Shown piece by piece: positions 1 to 9,082 of a stretch of 32,000 nucleotides of DNA. Position 1 is the first letter of the stretch. Every line of letters begins with the position of its first letter. Location: NCBI RefSeq assembly GCF_900187275.1, contig NZ_LT906458.1, forward strand, positions 990,001-1,022,000. The letters run 5' to 3'. The translations under genes were made by a program, and so were the position numbers. Source of the stretch: Pasteurella multocida. Lineage in GTDB: Bacteria > Pseudomonadota > Gammaproteobacteria > Enterobacterales > Pasteurellaceae. The notes under the pieces were generated by a model. That model did not search any database. It saw only the letters and a list, made by a program, of their open reading frames with translations, and was not told where the DNA came from.

Positions 1-221
1 TCGCTTGTTTTGTGTTTAACGGTATAGCCACCTCTGACATCGCCACATTGCTCGCTGAACAAAATATAGCCTTACGCGCAGGTGAACACTGCGCCCAACC
101 TTATTTAGCGCGCTTAGGACAGCACAGCACTTTGCGGCTTTCCTTTGCACCTTATAACCAACAAGCGGATGTTGATGCGTTTTTCTCTGCCCTTGACAAC
201 GCTTTAGCCTTATTAGATTAA
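1..221 (+). CDS. csdA: Cysteine desulfurase CsdA/SufS family, 3' end only (the gene continues left of the window)
   Basis: The C-terminal peptide ...LRAGEHCAQPYLARLGQHSTLRLSFAPYNQQADVDAF... matches the conserved class-V aminotransferase/cysteine desulfurase C-terminus (RAGxHCAQP...R.SF.YN). The reading frame is open to the window edge. The stop TAA at 219-221 abuts the ATG of the SufE-like gene. Confidence 0.8.
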   Translation, partial: ACFVFNGIATSDIATLLAEQNIALRAGEHCAQPYLARLGQHSTLRLSFAPYNQQADVDAFFSALDNALALLD

Positions 222-602
222 ATGATGAAAGAACAACTCCTTAACGCAAAAAGCTGGGAAGAACGTTACCGCCTGATTATCCAAGCCGGCAAACAGCTAC
301 CATTCCCCACAGAACAACAACTCGCCGAGATGCAACCGATTTCAGGTTGTGAGACGAAAGTCTGGTTTAAAATTACTGGAAAAAATGACCGCACTTTTGA
401 TTTTCAAGCTTACAGCGAAGCCCGTATTATTAATGGATTATTGTGGATTTTACTGCAAGAAATTCAGGGTAAAACAGTCAAACAACTCAAGCAGTTTGAT
501 TTAACTGCCTATTTCACTGAATTGGGCATTGCACAACGGTTAAGCAGCACAAGGTTAAATGGACTAAAACAGATTGAAAAATTGTTACATCAGCTAGAGT
601 AA
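222..602 (+). CDS. csdE: SufE/CsdE-family sulfur acceptor protein
   Basis: 126 aa with the SufE-family motif around the acceptor cysteine (PISGCETKVWF). The size fits, and it sits immediately downstream of, and translationally abutting, the cysteine desulfurase gene. Confidence 0.8.
   Translation: MMKEQLLNAKSWEERYRLIIQAGKQLPFPTEQQLAEMQPISGCETKVWFKITGKNDRTFDFQAYSEARIINGLLWILLQEIQGKTVKQLKQFDLTAYFTELGIAQRLSSTRLNGLKQIEKLLHQLE
388..396 (-). repeat. DNA uptake signal sequence core (Hin-type USS)
   Basis: Exact 9-mer ACCGCACTT (reverse complement of AAGTGCGGT), inside csdE. Confidence 0.9.
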
Positions 603-944
603 AAGTGTGGCTGAGATTAAAAAGGGCGGTGTATTTTAAAAAAAATTTCATCCCCCAAAAGTGACTTTCCCCCTTTCCCTTATTTTTCGCTGTAGCGGTT
701 GCGTTCACGTTTAAACCACACTTTCCTTGTTTGAGCATGGCTTGCTAAGCGAGTTTGGAAAGCGGGTGCCAAACGTTAGCAACAAGTGAAGGAAAAAAAA
801 TTACGGAGTGCTTTCTTTTGCCTACTTTTTCCTTTACACAAGCAAAGAAAAACTAACTCGCTGATCGGGCACCCAATATTGTTTAACCTGAAAAAAAGGC
901 TCTTTTCCCATCATAATTGATAACACGACCCTGTTTTAATCTCA

Positions 945-971
945 TAAAAAAGGCAAACATAACTGTTTGCC
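945..971 (-). terminator. Rho-independent terminator of hldE
   Basis: Read on the minus strand: stem GGCAAACA/TGTTTGCC (952-959 and 964-971), a 4-nt loop, then a T-run (the A-run at 945-951 on plus). It lies about 40 nt downstream of the hldE stop. Confidence 0.75.
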
Positions 972-1011
972 CTTTCCCCAAATAGGTATGATGATGAAAT
1001 CAAATTCAATC

Positions 1012-2442
1012 TTAATCTTTTAACTGCTGAATCTTACTGATCACATTACTGGTTGAACAACCATTTTCAAAGTTTAATACTTTTACATCACCACCACTCG
1101 CCCAAACTTCTTGGCTACCGGCGATGTCTTCTGGTTTGTAATCACCACCTTTCACCAATAAATCAGGTAATACTTCAGCAATTAAACGTTGTGGAGTGTC
1201 TTCATGGAACGCCACTAACCAATCGACTGAAGATAAGCCTGCCAATACTGCCATACGAGATTGAAGGTCATTAATTGGGCGGGTTTCACCTTTTAGGCGT
1301 TTGACTGAGTCATCGCTGTTCACTGCGACAATTAAGCGATCGCCCAATTTACGTGCGTTTTCGAGGTAAGACACATGTCCCGGGTGAAGAATGTCAAAAC
1401 AGCCATTAGTCATCACAATTTTCTCACCACGCGCCTTCGCTTGTGCCACTACGCGTTTCAGTTCGGCTTCGCTCATAATACCAAATCCAGTATTAGAACG
1501 ACCGTGAATTGCATTTTCTAATTCCACCGTAGAAACGGTTGAGGTCCCTAATTTACCCACGACAATCCCTGCTGCGACATTGGCTAAATAGCAGGCTTCT
1601 TCAAACGAACGACCATCCGCTAAGCCTGTGGCTAACACACTAATCACCGTATCTCCCGCCCCGGTCACATCAAATACTTCTTTCGCTTCGGTGGCTAAAT
1701 GAAATGCCGGTTGATTTGGACGCAATAACGTCATGCCTTTTTCAGAACGTGTCACTAAAAGCGCACTCAGGTCGATCTGCTCAATTAATTTCAACCCTTT
1801 TTCGATAATCTCTTCTTCAGAATCACACTTCCCAACCACCGCTTCAAATTCAGACATATTCGGTGTTAATAAGGTTGCCCCACGATAACGTTCAAAATCG
1901 GTTCCTTTCGGATCAATTAACACGGGAATATTGGCTTGGCGTGCAAGTTGAATCATTTTTTGCACTTGATTTAAGGTGCCTTTACCATAATCGGATAACA
2001 CTAATGCGCCATAATTTTGTAACGCACTGTCTAATTTTTGCAATAACGCATCGCTCGTCACATTTTGGAAGTCTTCTTCAAAATCTAAGCGTAATAATTG
2101 TTGATGGCGGGACAAAATACGTAATTTTGTAATGGTAGGATGAGTATGTAATTGTACAAAATCACATTCAATACGGCTTTTGGCTAATAAACTTTCTAAG
2201 GCAAGACCGGTTTCATCTCGTCCCGTTAAGCCCAATAATTTTACTGGCACATTTAACGCAGCGATATTCATCGCAACGTTGGCTGCCCCACCTGCACGTT
2301 CTTCGTTATCTTGTACACGTACCACAGGAACTGGTGCTTCTGGTGAAATGCGATTTGTCGCCCCAAACCAATAACGATCAAGCATTACATCGCCCAATAC
2401 CAACACTTTTGCTTGTTTAAATTCTGCGGAATATTGAAACAT
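1012..2442 (-). CDS. hldE: Bifunctional D-beta-D-heptose 7-phosphate kinase / D-beta-D-heptose 1-phosphate adenylyltransferase
   Basis: 476 aa. The N-terminal half is a ribokinase-like sugar kinase ([11 protein letters not shown]...TGAGDT). The C-terminal half is a cytidylyltransferase ([16 protein letters not shown]). The length and two-domain layout are typical of HldE/RfaE. Confidence 0.95.
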   Translation of the reverse strand: MFQYSAEFKQAKVLVLGDVMLDRYWFGATNRISPEAPVPVVRVQDNEERAGGAANVAMNIAALNVPVKLLGLTGRDETGLALESLLAKSRIECDFVQLHTHPTITKLRILSRHQQLLRLDFEEDFQNVTSDALLQKLDSALQNYGALVLSDYGKGTLNQVQKMIQLARQANIPVLIDPKGTDFERYRGATLLTPNMSEFEAVVGKCDSEEEIIEKGLKLIEQIDLSALLVTRSEKGMTLLRPNQPAFHLATEAKEVFDVTGAGDTVISVLATGLADGRSFEEACYLANVAAGIVVGKLGTSTVSTVELENAIHGRSNTGFGIMSEAELKRVVAQAKARGEKIVMTNGCFDILHPGHVSYLENARKLGDRLIVAVNSDDSVKRLKGETRPINDLQSRMAVLAGLSSVDWLVAFHEDTPQRLIAEVLPDLLVKGGDYKPEDIAGSQEVWASGGDVKVLNFENGCSTSNVISKIQQLKD

Positions 2443-2665
2443 TTTCGTTCTCTCTTAATAAAAAATTACTTAATTTTAGCACAGGAAAACACCAATTTCC
2501 CCTTAAAATCCAATAAATTGCACGACTTTTTATTACATGACTTTCCTAATTATTACATAACTAGTAATATTCACGCCCTATTTATGCGATAATTCGTAAT
2601 ATGATTACAAGTTGAGTTATGTTTTCTCATTCTCAATTTATTACTGAAGATACTCAAGCAATTTT

Positions 2666-3607
2666 ATGGCGAACGATAAACTCCCAACATTTCAAAAAAG
2701 ATTTCTAAAACCAAAACACTGGGGATTTTGGTTAGGCGTTGCTTTATGGCGTCTGATCGTATGTTTACCCTACCCGATTTTACACAAACTCGGGAACGGA
2801 CTAGGCTGGTTACTCGCAAAATCAACAGTAGGTCAACGTCGCGCCAACATTGCACGTCGCAATTTACAGCTTTGTTTTCCCCACTATTCTGCGGATCAAA
2901 TTGAAACCTTATTACATGCGAATTTAAAAGCCACCGGCATGGCGATTATTGAAACGGGTATGGCTTGGTTTTGGTCTGATGCAAGAATAAAAAAATGGTC
3001 AAAAATCGAAGGACTTGAATACTTAAAAGAATATAAACAAGATGGTGTGATTCTTGTTGGGGTACATTTCCTAACCTTAGAATTGGGCGCCCGTATTGTT
3101 GGCTTGCATCAACCGGGCATAGGGGTTTACCGCCCGAATGACAATCCTTTAATGGACTGGTTACAAGTGCAAGGTCGCTTACGTTCTAATAAAGATCTGC
3201 TCGATCGTAAAGATTTACGTGGCATGATTCGTGCGTTACGCCAAGGTGAAATTATTTGGTATGCGCCTGATCATGATTATGGACGTAAAAATGCGGTCTT
3301 TGTACCCTTTTTTGCTGTCCCTGATGCAGCGACTACAACGGGGAGCTATTATTTATTAAAATCCTCACCAACAAGTAAGGTGATCCCTTTTGCTCCATTA
3401 CGCAATAGCGATGGGTCGGGTTATACCGTCAAAATCTCCCCCCCAGTGGATTTTTCCGATATTACAGATGAAACTCGTATTGCCACGCGCATGAACCAAG
3501 TCGTAGAAACGGAAATTATGAAAGGAGTGGAACAATATATGTGGCTACACCGCCGTTTTAAAACACGACCTGATGAAAATCAGCCAAGTTTATATGATGA
3601 GGAATAA
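2666..3607 (+). CDS. lpxL: Lipid A biosynthesis lauroyl (Kdo2-lipid IVA) acyltransferase
   Basis: 313 aa, near-colinear with the LpxL/HtrB family (GVHFLTLELGAR...GVYRPNDNPLMDWLQ..GRLRSNK...YAPDHDYG...EQYMWLHRRFKTRP). It is divergent from hldE, as in Haemophilus (htrB-rfaE). Confidence 0.93.
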   Translation: MANDKLPTFQKRFLKPKHWGFWLGVALWRLIVCLPYPILHKLGNGLGWLLAKSTVGQRRANIARRNLQLCFPHYSADQIETLLHANLKATGMAIIETGMAWFWSDARIKKWSKIEGLEYLKEYKQDGVILVGVHFLTLELGARIVGLHQPGIGVYRPNDNPLMDWLQVQGRLRSNKDLLDRKDLRGMIRALRQGEIIWYAPDHDYGRKNAVFVPFFAVPDAATTTGSYYLLKSSPTSKVIPFAPLRNSDGSGYTVKISPPVDFSDITDETRIATRMNQVVETEIMKGVEQYMWLHRRFKTRPDENQPSLYDEE

Positions 3608-3632
3608 GACCCCATCGTTCTTATGCGACAAA

Positions 3633-3641
3633 AAGTGCGGT
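3633..3641 (+). repeat. DNA uptake signal sequence core (Hin-type USS)
   Basis: Exact AAGTGCGGT in the lpxL 3' intergenic region. Confidence 0.9.
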
Positions 3642-3662
3642 GAGTTTTGGACAAAAATTAGA

Positions 3663-3687
3663 AGCAGCGTCGTAACGCTGCTTTTTT
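3663..3687. terminator. Rho-independent terminator between convergent lpxL and the qmcA-operon end
   Basis: Stem AGCAGCGT/ACGCTGCT (3663-3670 and 3675-3682), loop CGTA, then TTTTT on plus. On minus the same hairpin is followed by TCTAATTTTT, so it probably also serves the minus-strand operon. Confidence 0.8.
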
Positions 3688-3705
3688 AGCATGACAAGAA
3701 AATGC

Positions 3706-4281
3706 TTATACGGCTTGCTCGCTCGCTTCTTCTAATTCGTCCGCCATCGCTGCCAACATCTCTTTCGACAGAAGTGCTAAGGCACGATAAAAAGGCAAGC
3801 TTGCCTTACTTTCCACTTGAGTAAGAAATTGGCTGGCACAAGGCAATAAGAATTGTTCAAACAACTGATGTTGTGCCGCCACAGAATCAAGGTTATCTTC
3901 AATCCACGAGGCAGTTAGTAAAAGTAATGCAAAATGATCCGCACTTTCTAACGCTGGCATACCACGTTGTTGTCTAAAGTTTACAAATTCTTCAACGGAA
4001 ACCGCATAATCGCTGATTTTAGTACTAACTTGTGGCGTGTCTCCCGTAAATAACTTGTCATATTCTTTACTTAATGCGTTTAAATCTAACGGCATTTGCA
4101 CACTATTAATCGCTTGTTGGCTTTGATTGTCCAGTTCAAGTGCCCAGATTTCGCTAAGTCCTTGCTGCTGTAACCAAGCAAACACATTAGCTAAAATCGG
4201 ATCATTTGGTGCACGATAAAACAAATTGCCAAACAAGCGACTTAGCATAGAAAAAGCGTTAAGTTGGTTTTCAGTTGTCAT
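3706..4281 (-). CDS. TorD/DmsD-family redox-enzyme maturation chaperone, YcdY-like
   Basis: 191 aa with family hallmarks: N-terminal FSMLSRLFGNLFYRAPNDP, central ESADHFALLLLTASWIED, C-terminal LPFYRALALLSKEML and an acidic tail (ADELEEASE). By my recollection it is closest to the E. coli YcdY/DmsD branch. Its ATG overlaps the upstream gene by 11 nt (ATGACAACTGA). Confidence 0.75.
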   Translation of the reverse strand: MTTENQLNAFSMLSRLFGNLFYRAPNDPILANVFAWLQQQGLSEIWALELDNQSQQAINSVQMPLDLNALSKEYDKLFTGDTPQVSTKISDYAVSVEEFVNFRQQRGMPALESADHFALLLLTASWIEDNLDSVAAQHQLFEQFLLPCASQFLTQVESKASLPFYRALALLSKEMLAAMADELEEASEQAV

Positions 4282-4885
4282 GCTTTCTCTCTAAAAGTGC
4301 GGTTAAATTTTCTTGCGTTTTCTCACTGACCCTTTGCAACATAGCGTGACGCGCGTGATCATCAATCAAATGAATATCACCAAACAGCTCATGCTGAATA
4401 TCAGTGATGCCACAATAATTGAATAATCCGTCCACTAAACAATCTTTCAGCGATTGTGCAAACCCCATATTTTGATAAATCTCTACGTTATTGCCAATCG
4501 TGATAAAGTGTTGCATTTTTTTACCACCTAATAAGCCTACAGATTGTTCATTTTCAGTTTTATAAGCAAAACCATAGCTTAATACACGATCCAAATACCC
4601 TTTCAGGATCGCAGGAAAGCCCATCCACCATAATGGATAAACCAAGGTGATTAAATTCGCTTGTTCAATGAGTTGATGCTCAAACTTGACTTCAGCAGGA
4701 ATGATCTCTTGGTAAACCGCTTGCATTTCCTCCCAAGATAAAATGGGATTGAAATTGAGCGTGTACAAATCTCGTACCACGGTGTGCACGTCTAACTGTT
4801 GGCTAGCCTGCAAAGTAGCTTCCAAAATCGCCCGATTAAAACTCGTTTGGCTATTTGGATGGGCAAAAATAATCAGATGATGCAT
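4271..4885 (-). CDS. Flavodoxin-like fold NAD(P)H (quinone) oxidoreductase family protein
   Basis: 204 aa. The N-terminal MHHLIIFAHPN.. start, the PLWWMGFPAILKGYLDRV motif and the overall length are typical of the Flavodoxin_2 / NQO-KefF-MdaB-like family. The start lies 5 nt after the ybbJ stop. Confidence 0.75.
   Translation of the reverse strand: MHHLIIFAHPNSQTSFNRAILEATLQASQQLDVHTVVRDLYTLNFNPILSWEEMQAVYQEIIPAEVKFEHQLIEQANLITLVYPLWWMGFPAILKGYLDRVLSYGFAYKTENEQSVGLLGGKKMQHFITIGNNVEIYQNMGFAQSLKDCLVDGLFNYCGITDIQHELFGDIHLIDDHARHAMLQRVSEKTQENLTALLERKHDN
4295..4303 (+). repeat. DNA uptake signal sequence core (Hin-type USS)
   Basis: Exact AAGTGCGGT inside the 3' end of the flavodoxin-like gene, just upstream of the chaperone start. 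Confidence 0.9.
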
Positions 4886-4890
4886 AATCT

Positions 4891-5340
4891 TTAATTCACT
4901 TTTTTCACTTTTAACGTAATACCATCCACTTGGTGCACTTCAACTAAATCACCGACCTGTAAATCCGTGCCTTGAATGCGCCACGTCGTATCGCCAAAAT
5001 GCCCACGTCCAATGCCATTAGCCGCGATTTCTTGCACAGTACCTCTTGTGCCTAGCATCGCGTGATCACGTTGATTTAATGACGAATGTAACTGATCACT
5101 TTTGTCTTGACCATGCTGATATTTCCACCATGACACACTCAAAATAATCGCTAAAATCGCATAGCTAATAGCTAAAACGGTTAACGATAAGCTTGGTATC
5201 AGTGCCATCACACCAGCAATCACAATGGCGGCTAATCCCCACCAAAGTAAAAACACCCCTGGGATCACTAATTCAGCAATTAATAAAACAAAACCTAAAA
5301 TAAGCCAATGCCAAAGGCTCCAAGTGGAAAACCATTCCAT
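4891..5340 (-). CDS. ybbJ: NfeD-family membrane protein (partner of the SPFH protein)
   Basis: 149 aa. The N-terminal hydrophobic half has several predicted TM helices. The C-terminal soluble OB-like part (GRGHFGDTTWRIQG..L.VGD.VEV..VDGITL.V) is as in YbbJ/NfeD. It lies directly downstream of qmcA with a 20-nt gap. Confidence 0.85.
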   Translation of the reverse strand: MEWFSTWSLWHWLILGFVLLIAELVIPGVFLLWWGLAAIVIAGVMALIPSLSLTVLAISYAILAIILSVSWWKYQHGQDKSDQLHSSLNQRDHAMLGTRGTVQEIAANGIGRGHFGDTTWRIQGTDLQVGDLVEVHQVDGITLKVKKVN

Positions 5341-5360
5341 ATTTACCTCACCGACAGTGA

Positions 5361-6284
5361 TTAAGCTTTTTTATCGCCTTTTAATAACTCAGCTACACCC
5401 GCAATAGACCCGATTAAATTGCCCGCTTCGAGTGGCATTAACACCACTTTACTGTTTTCTGAACCACCAATTTCTTTTAAAGCTTCAGTATATTTTTGTG
5501 CAATAAAGTAGTTAATTGCTTTCGTGTCCCCACTCGCAATCGCCTCAGACACCATTTGTGTCGCACGGGCTTCTGCTTCAGCAGCACGTTCACGAGCTTC
5601 AGCTTGTAAGAAGGCTTCTTGACGTTCCCCTTCTGCTTTTAAGATACGAGCTTGTTTATCCCCTTCAGCACGTAAAATTTCCGCTTGACGTACCCCTTCT
5701 GCTTCCAAAATATCCGCACGTTTGTTACGTTCTGCTTTCATTTGTGCGTTCATCGCCGCGATCAATTCTTGTGGTGGACGCACATCACGAATTTCAATAC
5801 GGGTCACTTTAATACCCCAAGGATTAGTGGCTTCATCAACAATGGATAACAAGCGGCTATTAATGGAATCACGTTGTGATAACATTTCATCTAACTCCAT
5901 TGACCCTAACACAGTACGAATATTGGTCATGGTTAAATTAATAATCGCTTGTTCTAAATGATTCACTTCATAAGCCGCGTTACGTGCATCAATCACTTGC
6001 ACAAAACAAACCGCATCAATCGACACATTCGCGTTATCTTTCGAAATGACTTCTTGAGAAGGAATATCCAGCACTTGTTCCATCATATTGATACGGCGAC
6101 CAACGCGGTCAATAAAAGGCACCACAAAATTCAAACCTGGTGTCAATGTGAGAGTGTAGCGACCAAAACGTTCAATCGTCCAGTGATACCCCTGTGGAAC
6201 GGTTTTTAAAGTGGAATACAAAACAAAAATTACCAATACAATAAAGAAAATCGTCGCGATTGGTAAACCATTAATAAAGTCCAT
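5361..6284 (-). CDS. qmcA: SPFH/band-7 (stomatin-like) membrane protein QmcA
   Basis: 307 aa: an N-terminal TM helix, an SPFH core ([15 protein letters not shown]...), then an Ala/Glu/Arg-rich coiled-coil ([28 protein letters not shown]). Confidence 0.9.
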   Translation of the reverse strand: MDFINGLPIATIFFIVLVIFVLYSTLKTVPQGYHWTIERFGRYTLTLTPGLNFVVPFIDRVGRRINMMEQVLDIPSQEVISKDNANVSIDAVCFVQVIDARNAAYEVNHLEQAIINLTMTNIRTVLGSMELDEMLSQRDSINSRLLSIVDEATNPWGIKVTRIEIRDVRPPQELIAAMNAQMKAERNKRADILEAEGVRQAEILRAEGDKQARILKAEGERQEAFLQAEARERAAEAEARATQMVSEAIASGDTKAINYFIAQKYTEALKEIGGSENSKVVLMPLEAGNLIGSIAGVAELLKGDKKA

Positions 6285-6328
6285 TGCTGTTCTCCTTAGT
6301 AAGTCAATATCACAAAAAGTCTAACAAA

Positions 6329-7780
6329 TCAGAGCGTACTTTGTATATAAGAATATTGATTATTATCTGCTATAAATTCAAAACGATGTGTCATGCAATT
6401 TGGCGCGTCCTGATCTTGATGGGAAACAAATATCAGCTGGGTTTGGCTGTTTACTACCAGTTGTTCAATAAACTGTTTTACCAGCTTACGATTCACCCCA
6501 TCCAATCCCTGAAAAGGTTCATCTAAAATCAATATTGGTGGATGTTTCACCATGGCTCTAGCTATCAACAAAAGTCGTTGTTGTCCCCAAGACAAGGAAC
6601 GAAACGGGGCTTTCGCCAGTGTTGCAAGATGTAAACGTGTCAACCATTGCATAGCCTTCAAACGCAGTGCCTCTGATACCTGTTGATACACGCCAATACT
6701 ATCAAAAAAGCCCGAGAGAATAACATCTAATGCGCTACAATTCACTCGGTAATCCATATGCAACTGACTACTCACATAGCCTATTTTTTGTTTAATATCC
6801 CAAATGGTTTCACCGCTACCACGTTGTTGACCAAATAATACTACATGATTCGCATAAGATTGCGGATGATCACCCGTCAGCACAGACAATAGCGTCGATT
6901 TTCCTGCACCATTTGGTCCTTTAATCCACCAATGTTGTTTTGGTTCAACTGTCCAAGTTAATGCACTGAGAATCTTTTTATCACCATATTGAATATTGAC
7001 GTTTTTTAACTCAAAAGGATTGATCTCTGTCGGCAAATGTATTGGCGTACCAAAAGGTGTCGGCAAAGGTTCATTCCGCGCATTTTCGGCATAATACAAC
7101 TGTTGAAATAAACTTTGCTGCTCAATGTATTGGCGTTCGCCTTGCAAAACTAACTCTCGATTATCCAAAATCGCAATATGAGTCGCCTGTGTCGGAATAT
7201 CAGAGAAACGATTGATGATCAGCATTAATGTCATTTTCTCTTTTAATCTCTCCAATAAATGCCGCCAGTCTTGCACTGACTGCTGGTCTAATCCTTCAAA
7301 GGGTTCATCTAAGATCAAGAGATCAGGTTGACTCACTAACGCTTGGCATAACAAGACTTTACGGCTTTCCCCTGTAGACAGGTGAATAAAAGGGCGATCT
7401 AATAAAGACGTAATCTGTAAGATTTCCGCATATTTCTCACAAGCCGCTGTCGCTGAAGTGCCATTTAATATGGTTTCTTGTGCACTTTTACCAAAATCAT
7501 CGGGGCTTATTCCATCATGATTGCGATCCTTAAAAGTAGCTTCAATAATATGTTGTTGTTTTTCAAAGGACAATAATGCTACCTGCCGGAATGAATGGCA
7601 ATATTCACCATGCTCTAGTGCTAATTGCTGCTGCAGTGCAAGCGCAAAAGCAGTTTTTCCACTACCATTACTCCCCACGACAGCCCAAAATTGCCCCGCG
7701 GATAAACAAAATTGAGGAATATACAAATATTGATGTTGATGTAATTTAAATTTTGCTTCTTTAAGCTGTAAACTGCACAT
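6329..7780 (-). CDS. modF: ModF-like tandem ABC ATPase with no membrane domain
   Basis: 483 aa with two ABC cassettes: Walker A GSNGSGKT and GPNGAGKS, signatures LSTGE and LSWGQ, Walker B LLILDEP twice. It is colinear with E. coli ModF from N-terminus to C-terminus (...THRFEF...). A strong SD (GGAGGA) precedes the ATG. Confidence 0.85.
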   Translation of the reverse strand: MCSLQLKEAKFKLHQHQYLYIPQFCLSAGQFWAVVGSNGSGKTAFALALQQQLALEHGEYCHSFRQVALLSFEKQQHIIEATFKDRNHDGISPDDFGKSAQETILNGTSATAACEKYAEILQITSLLDRPFIHLSTGESRKVLLCQALVSQPDLLILDEPFEGLDQQSVQDWRHLLERLKEKMTLMLIINRFSDIPTQATHIAILDNRELVLQGERQYIEQQSLFQQLYYAENARNEPLPTPFGTPIHLPTEINPFELKNVNIQYGDKKILSALTWTVEPKQHWWIKGPNGAGKSTLLSVLTGDHPQSYANHVVLFGQQRGSGETIWDIKQKIGYVSSQLHMDYRVNCSALDVILSGFFDSIGVYQQVSEALRLKAMQWLTRLHLATLAKAPFRSLSWGQQRLLLIARAMVKHPPILILDEPFQGLDGVNRKLVKQFIEQLVVNSQTQLIFVSHQDQDAPNCMTHRFEFIADNNQYSYIQSTL

Positions 7781-7792
7781 CCATCCTCCGAT

Positions 7793-7816
7793 AAAAAAAG
7801 CGGATAAATATCCGCT
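7793..7816 (-). terminator. Rho-independent terminator after sstT
   Basis: On minus: stem AGCGGATA/TATCCGCT (7799-7816) followed by a T-run (the A-run at 7793-7798 on plus). It lies about 25 nt downstream of the sstT stop and only 3 nt upstream of the modF SD. Confidence 0.7.
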
Positions 7817-7840
7817 TTCTATTCACTAAATAACCGTTCG

Positions 7841-9082
7841 TTAAACTTGTTTATTTTCTTCTGCAATACAGGCTGCTGCAGTAAATAGCACATCCGTTGA
7901 AGAGTTTAATGCAGTTTCAGTAGAGTCTTGTAAAATACCGATAATGAACCCCACCCCGATCATTTGTGCAGCGACATCATCAGAAACCCCAAATAAGCTA
8001 CAAGCTAACGGAATCAATAATAAAGATCCCCCCGCAACACCAGAGGCACCGCAAGCACAAATACTGGCAACGACACTCAATAACAAGGCACTAAAGAAAG
8101 AAATCTGAATATCTAAAGTATGTACCGCGGCTAACGTAAGAATCGTTACAGTAATCGCAGCACCTGCCATATTAATAGTCGCGCCTAATGGAATGGAAAC
8201 CGAATAGGTTTCTTCATCTAAATTCAAGCGTTTAGCAAGATTGATGTTAACTGGAATGTTAGCTGCTGAGCTACGAGTGAAAAATGCCGTTAAACCACTT
8301 TCACGTACGCAGGTCCACACTAATGGATAAGGATTACGGCGAATTTTCCAGTAAACCAAAATTGGGTTCACTACAAAAGCAACAAATAGCATCGTACCAA
8401 CTAATACGGCTAATAAATGAATATAACCACCGAGCGCCACTAATCCTTTATCTGCCAAGGTTTCACTGACTAAACCGAACACACCGATTGGGGCAAAGGC
8501 AATAATCACATACACAATTTTCGATACAGCTTCTGCTAGATCTGACACCATCGTTTTTGTACTTTCTGATGCATGACGTAGGGCTAATCCCAAACCAATT
8601 GACCAAGCGAGCACGCCAACGAAATTCGCTTTAAAGAGCGCATTTAATGGATTATCAACCACATTGAAGACTAAAGTTAATAGTACCTGACCAACACCTT
8701 GTGGTGCAGACGTCATATCTTCTTTTGTGGCTAATGCCACTTCACTTGGGAATAAGAAGCCCGCAATAACAGCTGAAAGTGCGGCTAAAAATGTCCCCAA
8801 AAGATACAATACAATAATGGATTTCATATTGCTTTTCGCACCAATTTTTTTATTTGCAATTGCCGCCATGACAAGGACAAAAATTAAAATCGGTGCAACC
8901 GCACGTAATGAGCGAACAAAAATGGTGCCTAATACCCCAACTTTTTCCGCTAAATTAAAACCAAGCACGTTTTGTAATGTCGGCGTAACGAGCGCAACAA
9001 GCAAACCTAAGATAAGACCAATAAAAATACGTTTCACCAAATTACCTTGGAAAAACAAACTAAATAAACGAGATGTATTCAT
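7841..9082 (-). CDS. sstT: Serine/threonine:sodium symporter
   Basis: 413 aa, polytopic, DAACS family. The N-terminus ([21 protein letters not shown]) and the conserved ...SSAANIPVN... and ...DSTETALNS... segments are typical of SstT. Confidence 0.9.
   Translation of the reverse strand: MNTSRLFSLFFQGNLVKRIFIGLILGLLVALVTPTLQNVLGFNLAEKVGVLGTIFVRSLRAVAPILIFVLVMAAIANKKIGAKSNMKSIIVLYLLGTFLAALSAVIAGFLFPSEVALATKEDMTSAPQGVGQVLLTLVFNVVDNPLNALFKANFVGVLAWSIGLGLALRHASESTKTMVSDLAEAVSKIVYVIIAFAPIGVFGLVSETLADKGLVALGGYIHLLAVLVGTMLFVAFVVNPILVYWKIRRNPYPLVWTCVRESGLTAFFTRSSAANIPVNINLAKRLNLDEETYSVSIPLGATINMAGAAITVTILTLAAVHTLDIQISFFSALLLSVVASICACGASGVAGGSLLLIPLACSLFGVSDDVAAQMIGVGFIIGILQDSTETALNSSTDVLFTAAACIAEENKQV

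Noticed and set aside
514-738. 74-aa minus-strand ORF spanning the csdE 3' end and the spacer
   Set aside because: It overlaps csdE antisense, has no SD, and shows an unremarkable composition with no recognisable motif. It is probably spurious.
5516-6209. Plus-strand ORFs of 79-98 aa antisense to qmcA, and similar antisense ORFs in hldE, sstT, aceF, aceE, ptsI, crr, modF, amiB, mutL, hflX, ycjF and ycjX
   Set aside because: All are nested antisense within well-supported genes. They lack ribosome-binding sites and have unrecognisable sequences. They are typical shadow ORFs.
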